From: the human T2T-CHM13v2.0 reference genome, Homo sapiens
Assembly: GCF_009914755.1 (NCBI RefSeq)
Contig: NC_060930.1
Length of the DNA: 64,000 bases
Direction: 5' to 3' (one strand)
A program made the translations under genes and the position numbers. Positions 1 through 24,196 of the stretch are shown here, piece after piece (the first letter of the stretch is position 1; each line of letters opens with the position of its first letter). The notes under the pieces are model-generated. The model was given only the letters and a program-made list of their open reading frames with translations. It was not told the origin of the DNA and searched no databases.

Positions 1-2254
1 TTGTGTTGTCTAGTGTCCATCGCTTGCCAACTTTTCTGATCTATAAAATACTTCAGTGACTTCACACACTGATGCTGGCTTTCAGCTTTCTTTTAGCTCT
101 GGTCACCAAGAGCAACAAGTGCCATTGTAGGTCAATCCCTAGAGAAACATCTGTCTTCTCTATTCCTTGGGCAGGTACTTTCATGTGTAGTAGTTTCAGA
201 GTTTATGGTTATTTCTCTCTGGAGACCATCTGTCTGCTGGGTTTATTTTTTCCTGATGTTGTACCACATCATAAAGTCTACTGCCAAGAGTACTTTACTC
301 AAGAAGATTTTGTTTTCTGCTGTTTTAGTCACTTCACTGCTTTATTTCTGTAAGCCAAATCAAGTGGACAAAATCAGTAGCAATTCCCCACTCCACGGCC
401 CTGTAGCATAACCTGGCTCAGTTTGGTTGCAAGTTCTTATGACTGCTTTAAAACATTCTCCTCACACAATAAGTGATGGGTCCTCTTGTATATACGTGTA
501 ACAAAGAGCTGCACTGAGATTTTCCATGAAATGTGAATGCGCTCAGAAAGCCTTTCCAAGTTTTTTAAAACAAGTGAATCATGTAGGTCTAATCAGTTGA
601 AAGTAACCAAATTCATAATTGATTTTTATTAGCAAATATAGTACTTTGAAATAGCTTTTTATGCTGCATGACCCAAGGTTAACAAAAAAATAGCTTTTTG
701 TTTCCAGGGAAAAATAAGTTTAAGCTTATTTTTATCCTTTCTTACTTTAGTTCCCAATAATCATACTTAAATAAATGTACTCCAGAGTTTCTATTTTTCA
801 TTTTCAGATAATGTAATGGTTATTATCATATAGTCATAGAAAATTGCAATGGTTAAGTCATTATTTGCCTAATAAATTTACAACCTTTTTACGGAAAAAT
901 GATTCCGGCCAGACAAATGTTGTCAAACACCTTTTAATGTGTTTTCAACCTTTGTCATAGCTCACTTTCTTGCATAAACAGAGCCTTCCAAACAAAGCAT
1001 GGAAAATTTAAACCACATAGATTCGTATTATCAAAACTATTACACCGGATTATTTTCCATAGTGTCAGCATTGACATTAATTTCTTGAGAAGATAACTTT
1101 AAAAGGAACACTCACATGGATTTTACAATGTCTCTTCCTCACCCTTACAAATAACTTTTATTCATTCACGGCTATAATTAGCACTTCCTGTAAGGCAGCC
1201 CTTTTCTCGGTTGTGGATGGGCACACTGTGAATTCATTAGCATGGTAGCCAGGTCAGCAGAGTCATTAGTGGTCATTTTAATGATGACTTGGAAACCCTG
1301 CCTGGTCAATTTAAGTGAGGCTCATTCCCATGTACTGACTGCAGCCAAGCAGCTTCACAATATTACCCATTTATTTAGGCAGCTTCAAATAGTTTCCCAG
1401 GAACTGGAGTAACAAGAAGCTGAATGCAGAGGTCTGTGTGTCAAGAAGTTTCCATGACTAGTGAACCCTGAGCACTTCTCTGTACACATTCAAACCCAAC
1501 TCTTACATTCATTCTTCAAATGGGTTTGCTTAGACCAAGCCAGATTACTTGAGCACCTTAAATTTTGCTGGGTATTGTTTCATGTTTTACATTTATAAGT
1601 GTTTTGCATTTTAAGCAGGGATTTTATATAATAAACCAATATAATTCATTGTCATCATTGTTATCCATGTTAGCGAAAACTTGTAAAATTATGTAGCAAT
1701 TATGTGTCAACTGGCATTTTTAACTCTCTTTGGTATTTATTTATTTATTATGTTAAAACACAGATTCTCATTTTGAGGCTATCTCATTTTATTCTCAAAA
1801 CAATACTAGAGGAGAAGTAGTGAGGATGTGGAAAGGAAGCCATGTACCTGGGACACAAAGAGTATGAGCTTGGGGATCAGCTGACATCTGACTTGCAGAC
1901 TGTGGCTGCAGGCAGGGGAAGTAGCACACAAAAGCATCAAGTTTCATTATTATATCATGTTATTATGTTACAGCATGATATTGTGCAGGAAACAGAAACC
2001 AGCCGGACCTGCCTAGAAGGTCTATCTGGAGAAATGGAAGAATTAATGTTCTTGTGAGGATCTTAAAAGCCAGATGAATGAGTCTGGATGTGATAGCAAG
2101 GGAAAGGAACCATAAGTTTTAAAACAAGGAATTGGCATGATAAAAGCAGTTCCATAGAAAGCAGGGGCCGGAAGACCTATGCAGGCTGAATTCCAAATGC
2201 ACCATTGCTTTGGCTTGATGACTTTAGGGGTTTGGGGGTTTCACTTACAAATTC

Positions 2255-2740
2255 AGTAAATGTCACCTTTTCAGTGAGAGAGACCTTCCCTGACCACTTT
2301 GTCCATACGTTCAACTCTCCCCGCTTCTGCATCCTATCTATCCTCTTTCTCTGCTATTTTTTTCTCCTTAGCAGTTATCACTTTCAAACACAGTATGCAT
2401 TTTATGTAATAATACGTTGTTTATGGCCCATCTTTCCCGCTATAATGTAAGTTCTGTAAGGGCAGTGATTCTTGTCTATTTATTCACTATTATACCTTCA
2501 GCACCTAGAACACTGCCTGGCACATAGTAGCCCCTGAATACTACATGTTGAATGCGTCAATGAATTGATTAGTACCTGTACCAAGTCCTATTCTTGATAC
2601 TAGAAATAAAGTAGTTAATAAGATACACAAGTTTTCTGTTCTCATGGAGGATACATTTTAGTAGTGGATACCAAAATAAACAGAGTTGTAATTCCAAGTG
2701 GTGCTGTTTGCTCAGAGGAAAATATAACAGAGTTAACAAG
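2255..2740. mobile_element. L2 3'-end fragments
   Basis: TCAGTGAGAGAGACCTTCCCTGACCAC...CAGCACCTAGAACACTGCCTGGCACATAGTAG...TGTTGAATG. Confidence 0.75.
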
Positions 2741-3300
2741 AATATCAAATATCAAATAAATGCTCTCCTGTTGCACACATTGAATATATAACAGTCGAAA
2801 AGGCTGTTTTTGTTTCCAGTTTTGAATTCATTATTCCTGAACAATCTACACTGGTTTTTTATCACAGTTATTTTTCCTGGAAAAGACACAGAAACAGCTT
2901 GCAAAAGCAAGAACCTGACTGTGATAGATTTCTAAATTGTAGATCTTATTCCATTCAGCAAGATCATTCCCAGTCATTCCATTCAGCCATGAACTGCATG
3001 TCCCATCTACTATGATGGAAAACATCCTTTTCAACTGCTATCAAGAAGCAGAGCCTTTTTATTTATTTTGACAGGCCAATATCTATTTGGTTCTTTCCAC
3101 ACTGAATGAGTATCTTCAAGAAACTCAGACTTCTGATAGGGACTCAGTGATGAGACAACAATTAAGAAGAATCTGGACTTTCCCATTCCAAAGCCTCTTC
3201 TCAAGGCAGTTGTGATCCTTTTAAAAAACACAGACTAAAGTAAGTGGACAGAATAAGTACATAGATAAAGAAACACAGAAGTTAGGAACACAATTTTTTT

Positions 3301-9465
<6,165 letters not shown>

Positions 9466-9535
9466 ACAATTTTTTTTAATAACAGTAAAAACAAGAAATT
9501 CGAAGCCCTGGAGAGGGCCTATAAGAAAAGCAAGA

Positions 9536-9832
9536 AGTCAGGCACAGTGGCTCACACCTGTAACCCCAGCACTTTGTGAGGGCAATGCAGGAAGATCACA
9601 TGAAATCAGTAGTTAGACCAGCCTGGGCAACAAAGTGAGACTGTCACTACAAAAATTTTTGTCTAAATTAACCTGGCATAGTGGCATGTGCTGGTAGTCC
9701 TAGATACTTGGGAGGCTGAAGCAGGAGGATTGCGTGAGCCCAGATGTTCAAGGCTGCAGTGAGCTATGATCTGGCCACTGTACACCAGTGTGGGCGACAG
9801 CGCAATATGTTGTGACACATGCACCAAAAAAA
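9536..9832 (+). mobile_element. AluJ-type SINE
   Basis: Diverged dimeric Alu with GAGGATTGCGTGAGCCCAG...AGGCTGCAGTGAGCTATGAT (J-type right arm). TSD-like AAGAAAAGCAAGAA/AAGAGAAGCAAGAA. Confidence 0.88.
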
Positions 9833-10520
9833 AGAGAAGCAAGAAAGAACGTAGGAAGAAATCAATCTTGTTCACCCAGAAATTCTCCAAAGAACTCAGA
9901 TTTTTTACTCTGTGTTTTTAAATATTGAGAAAATGGAAGGCATGTAACTAACAGCATATTTTTAACAGTTTAAAAAACCACAGTCATCAAGAGTAATTTC
10001 AGATGAGCTGAAAACCAGATAAACCACAACATTCCCCTGTCCCCAAAAAGGACTTTTTTAAATTACAGGAATAGAAAAGAAATAATCCTACTTGTTGGTG
10101 GTCAGTATTGTTACAGTAACACCAAGAGATCAGAGCTATGAAAATCCTAACCTCTTCCTAATTTTCCATCAAAAAGCCTGATTTTCCACCACAGAATGCA
10201 AATGAAAACCACAATGATATTTCATCTCACACTAGTCAGAATGGCTAGTATTGAAAAGTCAAAAACAACAGATGCTGGTGAGGCTGTGGAGAAAACGGAC
10301 AACTTATATCCTGTTAGTGGGAAGGTAAATTAGTTCAACTACTTTGGAAAGCAGTTTAGAGATTTCTTAAAGAACTTAAAGCAGAAAACTACCATTTGAC
10401 CCAGCAATACCATTACTGGCTATATACCCAAAGGAAAATAGATCATTACACCAAAAAGACATATGTACTCCTGTGTTCATTGCTGCACTATTCACAACAG
10501 CAAAAATATGGAGTCAACTA

Positions 10521-10890
<370 letters not shown>

Positions 10891-10909
10891 TCATAAAAAA
10901 GAATGAAAT

Positions 10910-12926
10910 TGGGGTCACAGTGGAGCAGGCTCTCATGTGGAGGTGGGGAAGTTTGGTCCATCAGAATGATCACCAAGAAACACAAAGCAGACCTGGGCCC
11001 TGGGCTCCCAGAGAAGAAAAAGAAGAAGAAAGTGGTCAAAGAACCAGAGACTCAATACTCAATTTTAAACAATGATGATTACTTTGCCAATGTTTCTCCT
11101 ATAAGAGCCACATCCCCCTCTAAGAGTGTGGTCCATGGGAAGGCACCTGAGATGCCTCTAGTGAAGAAAACAAGTAAAAGAAGGGTGTCAGCACCCTTTG
11201 TGAGGAGCACGTAGAACCTGACACCACGCTGCGTGCCAGACGGTCAGAGAAGTCACCCAATCCCAGGAAGCAGGTGCTTGGCCATTTGGAGTTCCTCTGT
11301 GGGGAGAAGAAAAAGAAGAAGTCACCTCCAGCCATGTCCCATGCCTCTGGGGTGAAAACCTCCCCAGACCCCAGACAGGGTGAAGAGGAAACCAGAGTTG
11401 GCAAGAAGCTCAAATAACACAAGAAGGAAACAAAGGGGGCCCAGGACCCCACAGCCCTCTCAGTCCAGAACCCTTGGTTCTGCGAGGCTGGGGATGCTGC
11501 GGACACTTGCTCAGTGGGGAAGAAGGGTGAGGAACAGGCAGCCTTGGGGCAGATAACGGAAGCAGAAGAGCCCCAGGGAGCACAGTGGGAAGGTGAAGAA
11601 GAAGAAAACAAAAATCCACCAGGAGGGAGATGCCCTCCCAGGCCACTCCAAGCCCTTCAGGTCCATGGAGAGCAGCCCTAGGAAAGGAAGTAAAACGAAG
11701 CCAAAGTTGAGGCTCCGGAATACATCCATCCCCAAAGGAGATGGCCCTAAGGCCCCCGAGAAGAAAAAGATGAAGTCCAAGAAGGTAGAGCAGCCAATCA
11801 TTGAGGAGCCGGCTCTGAAAAGGAAGAAAAAGAACAAGAGGAAAGAGAGTGGGGCAGCAAGAGACCCTTGGAAGGAGGAAACAGAGACGGACTTAGAGGT
11901 GGTGTTGGAAAAGAAAGGCAACATGGACGAGGCGCACATAGACCAGGTGAGGCAAAAGGCCTTGCAAGGAGAGATCGATCGAGAGTCAGGCAAAACGGAA
12001 GCTTGTGAAACCAGGAAGTGGACGGGAACCTAGTTTGGCCAGTGGGATACTGCTGGTTTTGACAACGAGGAACAGAAACTGAAGTTTCTCAAACTTACTG
12101 GTGGCTTCAAAAACCTGTCCCCTTCGTTCAGCCGCCACCCCCTCCAAGCCCCGCAGCACGATTGCAAGGTCCAACATAGCCCTCAGCAAGAAGGCGGCCG
12201 ACAGCCTGCAGCAGAACCTGCAGCAGGACTGTGACCGGGCCATGAGCTGGAAGTACAGCCGCGGAGCCCGTCTCTGCTTCTCCACCGCCCCCAACAAGAT
12301 CTTTTATATTCATAGGAACGCTTCCAAGTTAGCCAAGCTGGAAGATTAAACTCTAGAGTTTTGTCCCCTCAAAACTGCCACAATTGCTTTGATTATCCCA
12401 TTTATGCTGGAGATTACAAGTTTTTTTTGGTGAAAAATCAGATCTTGGTGATGACCTTGAGCAGTAGGATATAAATAACTCCCATAAACTTAGCGTTCCA
12501 ATAATGGAACACTAGGCATAAGTGGGTTATTCAGTTGTGCTGATGAAAGCCATCTGACAGTTGGCTCACATTGAACACCTGTGGAGACTAAGGACAAGGA
12601 CAAGGACAACTATCTTGATGGGCTTGGATGAACTGGGGAGAGGCAGCTCATGTTTGGGGAGCCAGGAGAACAAGTGAGTGGCTAAAACCTCCTGTTTTCT
12701 GTGTTAAACATTCCGTCCCTGTTTGAGACATCAATGTGTACAGATGACCTTTGTTGAGTGTTTAGCAGGTGCTAGGCACATACTAGTGTTTTCCTTAATG
12801 TATTTAATCTTCATAATTATGAAATGGGTGCTATTATTATCCGCATCTTATAGATGAGGCAAAGGAAGTTCAGGGATAAAGTAATAAAATGCCCTGGGAT
12901 CACCCAACCACTAAAAACAAACAAAC
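10910..12926 (+). pseudogene. KNOP1P4: Processed pseudogene of KNOP1 (lysine-rich nucleolar protein 1); probably the annotated KNOP1P4
   Basis: Intronless copy from ATG 10966 (MITKKHKADLG..EKKKKKKVVKEPE) to TAA 12349 (..APNKIFYIHRNASKLAKLED). Stops at 11415 and 12031 plus frameshifts. 3'UTR with AATAAA at 12883 and a decayed A-tail at 12913-12926. 13-bp TSD AAAAGAATGAAAT at 10897-10909 and 12927-12939. The P4 number is recalled, not verified. Confidence 0.92.
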
Positions 12927-13472
12927 AAAAGAATGAAATCATGTCCTTTGTCCCAACATGGATGAAACTGGAGGCCAAAGTCCTAAGCAAATTAGTACAG
13001 GAACAAAAAAACAAATACCAGATGTTCTTACTTATAAGTGGATGCTAAATGTTGAGTACCCACGGTCGTAAACATGGGAACAATAGACACTGCAGACTAC
13101 TAGAGGGGAGGGGAAGGAGAAGGGCGTAGGTCAAAAAACTACCTACTGGGTACTGTGATGACTACCAGAGTGTAATACCCATGTAACAAATCTGTACATG
13201 TACCCCCTCTATCTAAAATAAAACTTGGGGAAAAAAAGCATGATTTTCTTTTTTTTTTTTTTTTTTTATTATACTCTAAGTTTTAGGGTACATGTGCACA
13301 TTGTGCAGGTTAGTTACATATGTATACATGTGCCATGCTGGTGCGCTGCACCCACTAATGTGTCATCTAGCATTAGGTATATCTCCCAATGCTATCCCTC
13401 CCCCCTCCCCCGACCCCACCACAGTCCCCAGAGTGTGATATTCCCCTTCCTGTGTCCATGTGATCTCATTGT

Positions 13473-17324
<3,852 letters not shown>

Positions 17325-17363
17325 TCATCAGTTGATGCAGTTTCTTCCTAGTCTCGATGGTCT

Positions 17364-18380
17364 TTACATTTTGGCATGATTTTGCAGCGGCTGGTACCGG
17401 TTGTTCCTTTCCATGTTTAGCGCTTCCTTCAAGAGCTCTTTTAGGGCAGGCCTGGTGGTGACAAAATCTCTCAGCATTTGCTTGTCTATAAAGTATTTTA
17501 TTTCTCCTTCACTTATGAAGCTTAGTTTGGCTGGATATGAAATTCTGGGTTGAAAATTCTTTTCTTTAAGAATGTTGAATATTGGCCCCCACTCTCTTCT
17601 GGCTTGTAGGGTTTCTGCCGAGAGATCCGCTGTTAGTCTGATGGGCTTTCCTTTGAGGGTAACCCGACCTTTCTCTCTGGTTGCCCTTAACATTTTTTCC
17701 TTCATTTCAACTTTGGTGAATCTGACAATTATGTGTCTTGGAGTTGCTCTTCTCGAGGAGTATCTTTGTGGCGTTCTCTGTATTTCCTGAATCTGAACGT
17801 TGGCCTGCCTTGCTAGATTGGGGAAGTTCTCCTGGATAATATCCTGCAGAGTGTTTTCCAACTTGATTCCATTCTCCACATCACTTTCAGGTACACCAAT
17901 CAGACGTAGATTTGGTCTTTTCACATAGTCCCATATTTCTTGGAGGCTTTGCTCATTTCTTTTTATTCTTTTTTCTCTAAACTTCCCTTCTCGCTTCATT
18001 TCATTCATTTCATCTTCCATTGCTGATACCCTTTCTTCCAGTTGATCGCATCGGCTCCTGAGGCTTCTGCATTCTTCACGTAGTTCTCGAGCCTTGGTTT
18101 TCAGCTCCATCAGCTCCTTTAAGCACTTCTCTGTATTGGTTATTCTAGTTATACATTCTTCTAAATTTTTTTCAAAGTTTTCAACTTCTTTGCCTTTGGT
18201 TTGAATGTCCTCCCGTAGCTCAGAGTAATTTGATCGTCTGAAGCCTTCTTCTCTCAGCTCGTCAAAATCATTCTCCATCCAGCTTTGTTCTGTTGCTGGT
18301 GAGGAACTGCGTTCCTTTGGAGGAGGAGAGGCGCTCTGCGTTTTAGAGTTTCCAGTTTTTCTGTTCTGTTTTTTCCCCAT
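17364..18380 (-). CDS. L1HS ORF1p, intact 338 aa RNA-binding protein
   Basis: MGKKQNRKTGNSKTQSASPPPKERSSSP...RYQPLQNHAKM. Full length; REKG, ARREW and YPAKLS motifs present. Confidence 0.97.
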   Translation of the reverse strand: MGKKQNRKTGNSKTQSASPPPKERSSSPATEQSWMENDFDELREEGFRRSNYSELREDIQTKGKEVENFEKNLEECITRITNTEKCLKELMELKTKARELREECRSLRSRCDQLEERVSAMEDEMNEMKREGKFREKRIKRNEQSLQEIWDYVKRPNLRLIGVPESDVENGIKLENTLQDIIQENFPNLARQANVQIQEIQRTPQRYSSRRATPRHIIVRFTKVEMKEKMLRATREKGRVTLKGKPIRLTADLSAETLQARREWGPIFNILKEKNFQPRISYPAKLSFISEGEIKYFIDKQMLRDFVTTRPALKELLKEALNMERNNRYQPLQNHAKM

Positions 18381-19286
18381 CTTTGTGGTTTTATCTACTT
18401 TTGGTCTTTGATGATGGTGATGTACAGATGGGTTTTCGGTGTAGATGTCCTTTCTGGTTGTTAGTTTTCCTTCTAACAGACAGGACCCTCAGCTGCAGGT
18501 CTGTTGGAATACCCTGCCGTGTGAGGTGTCAGTGTGCCCCTGCTGGGGGGTTCCTCCCAGTTAGGCTGCTCGGGGGTCAGGGGTCAGGGACCCACTTGAG
18601 GAGGCAGTCTGCCCGTTCTCAGATCTCCAGCTGCGTGCTGGGAGAACCACTGCTCTCTTCAAAGCTGTCAGACAGGGACACTTAAGTCTGCAGAGGTTAC
18701 TGCTGTCTTTTTGTTTGTCTGTGCCCTGCCCCCAGAGGTGGAGCCTACAGAGGCAGGCAGGCCTCCTTGAGCTGTGGTGGGCTCCACCCAGTTCGAGCTG
18801 CCCGGCTGCTTTGTTTACCTAAGCAAGCCTGGGCAATGGCGGGCGCCCCTCCCCCAGCCTCGTTGCCGCCTTGCAGTTTGATCTCAGACTGCTGTGCTAG
18901 CAATCAGCGAGATTCCGTGGGCGTAGGACCCTCTGAGCCAGGTGTGGGATATAGTCTCGTGGTGCGCCGTTTCTTAAGCCGGTCTGAAAAGCGCAATATT
19001 CGGGTGGGAGTGACCCGATTTTCCAGGTGCGTCCGTCACCCCTTTCTTTGACTCGGAAAGGGAACTCCCTGACCCCTTGCGCTTCCCAGGTGAGGCAATG
19101 CCTCGCCCTGCTTCGGCTCGCGCACGGTGCGCACACACACTGGCCTGCGCCCACTGTCTGGCACTCCCTAGTGAGATGAACCCGGTACCTCAGATGGAAA
19201 TGCAGAAATCACCCGTCTTCTGCGTCGCTCACGCTGGGAGCTGTAGACCGGAGCTGTTCCTATTCGGCCATCTTGGCTCCTCCTCC
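18381..19286. promoter_or_regulatory. L1HS 5'UTR: internal sense promoter (- strand) and antisense promoter (+ strand), CpG-rich, YY1 site intact
   Basis: CAAGATGGCCG at 19265-19275. Dense retained CpGs at about 18790-19270. Bidirectional activity is established for this family. Confidence 0.85.
18836..19051 (+). CDS. L1HS ORF0 (71 aa), intact, with splice donors SD1 (18941/2) and SD2 (19026/7)
   Basis: MAGAPPPASLPPCSLISDCCASNQRDSVGVGPSEPGVGYSLVVRRFLSRSEKRNIRVGVTRFSRCVRHPFL*. Kozak GCAATGG. Donors CCAG|GTGTGG and CCAG|GTGCGT. Confidence 0.9.
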   Translation: MAGAPPPASLPPCSLISDCCASNQRDSVGVGPSEPGVGYSLVVRRFLSRSEKRNIRVGVTRFSRCVRHPFL

Positions 19287-19686
19287 CATGATTTTCTTTT
19301 TTTAAACTAAAAGGGATTTTTAAAAATATGATTAAGAAACAGTGAAAATATGAGATGGGAAAATTGTTGGCTATTAATAAGTTCATATTTTTGCATCTAG
19401 CTTTGTATCATAAGGTATCAAAGTATTTGAAGATGAAACTGAAGAACTTTCATTAATAGTTTCTCATAATATTTTAGCTTTTATTTATGTACAGGAGTAT
19501 GATAAATTTTAAAAAATCTTGAAAAAATGTGATGAATGCCAAATGACCAGAGAGAGAAAAAATATCCTGAGTGCCAAAAAGGAGTAAAATAGGAGGCCCT
19601 GGGCTTTGTATATTGATAAGCTCAATAACAATTCCTAGAAATATTCTAGATAGAATATTAAGCAAATGATTTATAATAAATTTGAG

Positions 19687-19985
<299 letters not shown>

Positions 19986-21259
19986 GGGAAAGAACAACTA
20001 TCATTCCTAGAAAATAACATAAGTTCATCAAGAGTAAAAAAATTACATTAAATAATGCTTATTTCTTATTTTGATAGGTTAACCAGATTGCTACATCAGG
20101 GGAATAGAGTAGATAAAATGTCTTGATTTCAGCAAAGCACTGATAAGTGCTTTATAATATCTTTGAGGGAAACAAAGAGAAATTCAGGTAAGATGATAGT
20201 CGTGGGAGAAGAGGTACCTGATAGGGGTGCTCCAAAGTCAAGATATGGTGTTTGTAAAGAAATTCGGAAGATAAGGGTAAAACATTAGGAGGTTCTTGTT
20301 TAGGGAGTGGGTAGTTCATGCTAGGAATAAATGAATCAAGATTACCATAGTAATATGTAAATGTAACAAATATAAAGACTTTCCAGAAATCCAAGTGAGC
20401 AAAATCTATTCATTTTCATTTAAGTTCAATTTGAATCAATGGCGTCATTTAGTTCTTTTAAAAAAAATGCAACTTTAGATTGAATACTCCCATTTCAAAG
20501 AAAGAGTAGTAATAGACAAAAACACATCTTTACGGCTTTTGTTACTTGGTCAAATATATCCTGAATACCTTGTAACGTGCAGAAAACATCTGTGGCTGCT
20601 TACATAATATATGCGGTACAAGTGGATAAAAATAAGCAAAAGTTTGTCTTCCCATTTAACTGAAAGCCCTGATGAGGACACAGACTATGCCTGAGTTCCC
20701 AGTTCCTGGTACAATGTCTGTAAATATTTGTGATTGATATAATACAGTGAAAGTAAGATAATGATAGAACAGTGCAAAGAAATTGGGAATGAAGTTAATC
20801 CATAAAAATGTATACCAGAAGGATCTGGGACACTATTACTATTTGTAATGTGGGTCCCAAATTCACCTTTGAGCCTCTTGGCATCCAAGGCAAGGAAACA
20901 AATATGTTAAAAGATCACAGTCTCCGAAACCTAAAACTTCATCCCTTTTGCCAGAAGCAACGTGTTAATAGATTTTTCTTGCAATAAAATCCTGAGAGAA
21001 ATTTCTCACAGGATGCCTCATTGAGCAAATACAATGTGAAATAGGGAGAAATTCTTAAAATACGGTAAGCTGGTTAAATGCTTTTTACTCCTAGTTAAAG
21101 TAATTCCTTTAGGGACCAAAGAAGTAGGGTCCAAGTACACAGATTGCCAGTGGTCAGCTTTGCTCCAGGCCCTGTGGTGTGGTAGGAAAAGTACAACAAA
21201 TTAAGTGATTGCATATACTTGAGACAGTCTTTTTTGAAACCAAACTTTTGCTGTAGCTG

Positions 21260-21840
21260 GGCAGTATCCAGTTTGAATCTGTATTCCCCAGCAAGAATGG
21301 ACAATGCAGATATTTACTGTTGGTGATTAAATGCCAATTCTTTTGCTTACACTGAAGAATGAGAATGAGTCTCAGTCCCACTTTGAGGGATGTAACAACA
21401 AACTGGGCAAACGTAAAGAACAGTGACAAGGAGAATGACACGTCAGGACATAATTTCATATACAAAGTAGGCAGCAAACTGGGCTCGGTATATTGAATCT
21501 GAAGACCAACAGGGAAGTCATGATAAAACCAACCTCAAACATCTGAAGAACTCTCTTAGGGAGGAAGGAGCACACGTCTTCTGTGGTCCAGATCCTGACC
21601 AAGGAGTAAAGGTCCCAGACAAGGAGAGCGAACTCAGGAGAAAATCAATTTCCAACGGTAGAGCTGTCTGTAACAGGGCTATGCCGCCGTAAAATGATGG
21701 GAGGGTCCTGGATGCTGGAGGGGTTTAGAGAGACACTGCACAACTGTCTATCAGTGATGTTTCAAAAATAATCCCTGTCCTCAAAGGGAGACTGAATCAG
21801 AAATCCTTCTGGCCACATGAATTTCCTGATCCTGAGGTGA
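21260..21840 (+). mobile_element. Possible CR1/L3 relic
   Basis: CACTTTGAGGGATGT..ACAAACTGGGCAAACGT..AGTGACAAGG resembles L3 3' sequence. Highly diverged. Confidence 0.4.
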
Positions 21841-22093
21841 GAAGGCATGCTCCATGTCTGTCTACGCGGAGTCCACTGACTGCTCTGAGGGAAACCTCTT
21901 GAACTGTTTATGGGTTCTGTTGCCATCTCCTAGCTTTTTTACATTAGCCATAGTCCTTTAAAGAAATACTCTAAGCAAGCAGAAACCACAGTTTCCCATA
22001 CCCTCCAATTTCCTCTTAACATCCCACATGTAAAATGCAATATTTCATTCTTTAAAAACTGCTCGCTGATGACGATATTTTTAAAACTTCACA

Positions 22094-22410
22094 GGCCGGG
22101 CACAGTAGCTCATGCCTGTAATCCTAGCACTTTGGGAGGTAGAGGCGGGCGGATCACGAGGTCAGAAGATCGAGACCATCCTGGCTAAAGTGGTGAAACC
22201 CCATCTCTACTAAAAATACAAAAAAAAAAAAAATTAGCCAAGCATGGTGATGGGCACCTGTAGTCCCAGCTACTCAGGAGGCTGAGAAAGGAGAATGGCG
22301 TGAATCCGGAAGGGGGAGCTTGCAGTGAGCCGAGATTGCGTCACTGCACTCCAGCCTGGGTGACAGAGCAAGACTCTGTCTCAAAAAAAAAAAAAAAAAA
22401 AAAAAAAAAA
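22094..22410 (+). mobile_element. AluY-type
   Basis: ATCGAGACCATCCTGGCTAA, GAATGGCGTGAA, long A-tail, TSD-like AAAA(C)TTCACA. Confidence 0.9.
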
Positions 22411-23052
22411 TTCACAGAGATTTCAGTGATAGTATTTATTGATTAGGGTCTTTGTTAATATTTAAGGTTCATTGCACTTGAAAAGCAGAATCGTGCAGTG
22501 TTCTAATCAATTATTCCAAATCACCGTTAAAGACACTAAAAATGTCATATTTAATTTTTATTGCTTTGCAGTGGAAGCTGAGGCATGCTCTGAGTAGATC
22601 CCAGGTGCCAAATGCACTTCTCTTATGGAAACATTATGCATAAAGGATATTTTGCAAAGTACCAAGTTTAGAAAGAAAGGTAAATTTAGGATGCTGGAAG
22701 AAAGAAATGACTCCAGTGCTTCCCTCTGCTGATGAAGTTTTGATTTCATTAGGTGGCCTGTCCTCCAGGCAAAGTGCTGTGCCAGCCAGTGGGGTCAGCT
22801 ATAGTCTCTAATGTCAGCAGGCATACTCCAGTCATCATAATTCATGAAATGCTCTCAAGGTCCCCTGTCAAATGCACTGAAGATCATACTTCATCAAAGC
22901 AATACTTAAAGTTTATGAAAAGTCAGAAGCAGGGTTGAATTTCCTTTGGAAGTTATTTCTGAAGAATTGTTTTCTTAAAATATTCTATATCTTCTTCCTG
23001 TTAGCATCTTTTATTTCAATCCTATGGTTCCATTCCATTTAAAACATTTAAG

Positions 23053-23349
23053 GGCCAGGCACGGTGGCTCATGCCTGTAATTCCAGCACTTTGGGAGGCC
23101 GATGCGGGCGGATTATGAGGTCAGGAGATCGAGACCATCCTGGCTAACACAGTGAAACCCCATCTCTACTAAAAATACAAAAAGCATTAGCCGGGCTTGG
23201 TGGTGGGTGCCTGTAGTCCCAGATACTCAGGAGGCTGAGGCAGGAGAATGGCGTGAACCCGGGAGAAGGAGCTTGCAGTAGGTCAAGATCACGCCACTGC
23301 ACTCCAGCCTGGGCGACAGAGTGAGACTCCATCTCAAAAAAAAAAAAAA
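23053..23349 (+). mobile_element. AluY-type
   Basis: GAGATCGAGACCATCCTGGCTAACAC, GAATGGCGTGAACCCGGGA; flanked by ATTTAAG repeats. Confidence 0.9.
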
Positions 23350-24196
23350 TTTAAGATCTCCCCTCCCTCAAAACTTTCTTAATGAGTATAACTAACTTAC
23401 ATGGGCCATTATGCCATGGAACACTTACAGTCTGCCAAAATGCTTGCAGAGAGCACCTGCTAGGTGGAAATGTGTGGTTGCTTCAATCAGCAAAGCCTAC
23501 TCTGTTGATTTGACTGTTGTATCATGCTAAGTTCAGGGAGATGTCTACTTTAAACCTCAGCTCCATTTCTCCTTTCTTCATTGCATCATTCACAATTGTT
23601 TGTGAGTACCTGGGGATTGTGTGTTTGTGTGAATGCCAATAGGGTAACTTGCCATGGTTCGTTCAGTAGAGCTTTTCTGAATGTTTTATTTTCACATCAT
23701 TTTCATTCTTGCTAAATGAATCTGTGCTTGATGCACTAGTTCTGGAAGCTAGACATTATCTGTTATACAAGCACCCATGAGATTCCCAAGTCAAGCTTTT
23801 TGTCAAATTAAATCTAACAAATTGATTCTTAATTAACCCACAAGAAAGGCTGATGATAGTTTTCTTGAGTAAACATAGAGTCCTTTGAGTTGGTAATATT
23901 TAAATTTTTTATAAATTTCCTTCTTTTTCTCTTACAATAATCAGTGCCTTCCAAATAAGTTTTGGATAAAAGATCTAGATCAAAATGAATTTCCTCAGAA
24001 ACAAAATATAAATGACTGTTTCAGGCAAAATAAAGGCCAATAGCTGTTCCAGACTAATTTTGAAGGAATATCCATCTTATGATACCTCAGGATTAACGTA
24101 TACATGGAAAAACATTCATATATTTTAAACTCATCATAAAGCTGACAGGTGCAAAACTGGGCCCTCTTCCAGCCCCGTCTTACCAATTCTCAATTA

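Noticed and set aside
2497-2517. RE1/REST-like motif TTCAGCACCTAGAACACTGCC
   Set aside because: It is ordinary L2 3'-end sequence, and the right half-site has two core mismatches (GAACAC vs GGACAG).
11120-12313. Several 60-160 aa minus-strand ORFs
   Set aside because: They are antisense shadows of the purine-rich KNOP1 pseudogene with no independent coding signal.
10966-12349. Functional KNOP1 retrogene
   Set aside because: At least two in-frame stops and several frameshifts fragment the frame.
18941-19090. ORF0 SD1 and the downstream donor CCAG|GTGAGG as routes to a fusion protein
   Set aside because: SD1 is phase 1 and stops inside exon 2. The donor at 19089/90 lies after the ORF0 stop, and exon 2 has no in-frame ATG.
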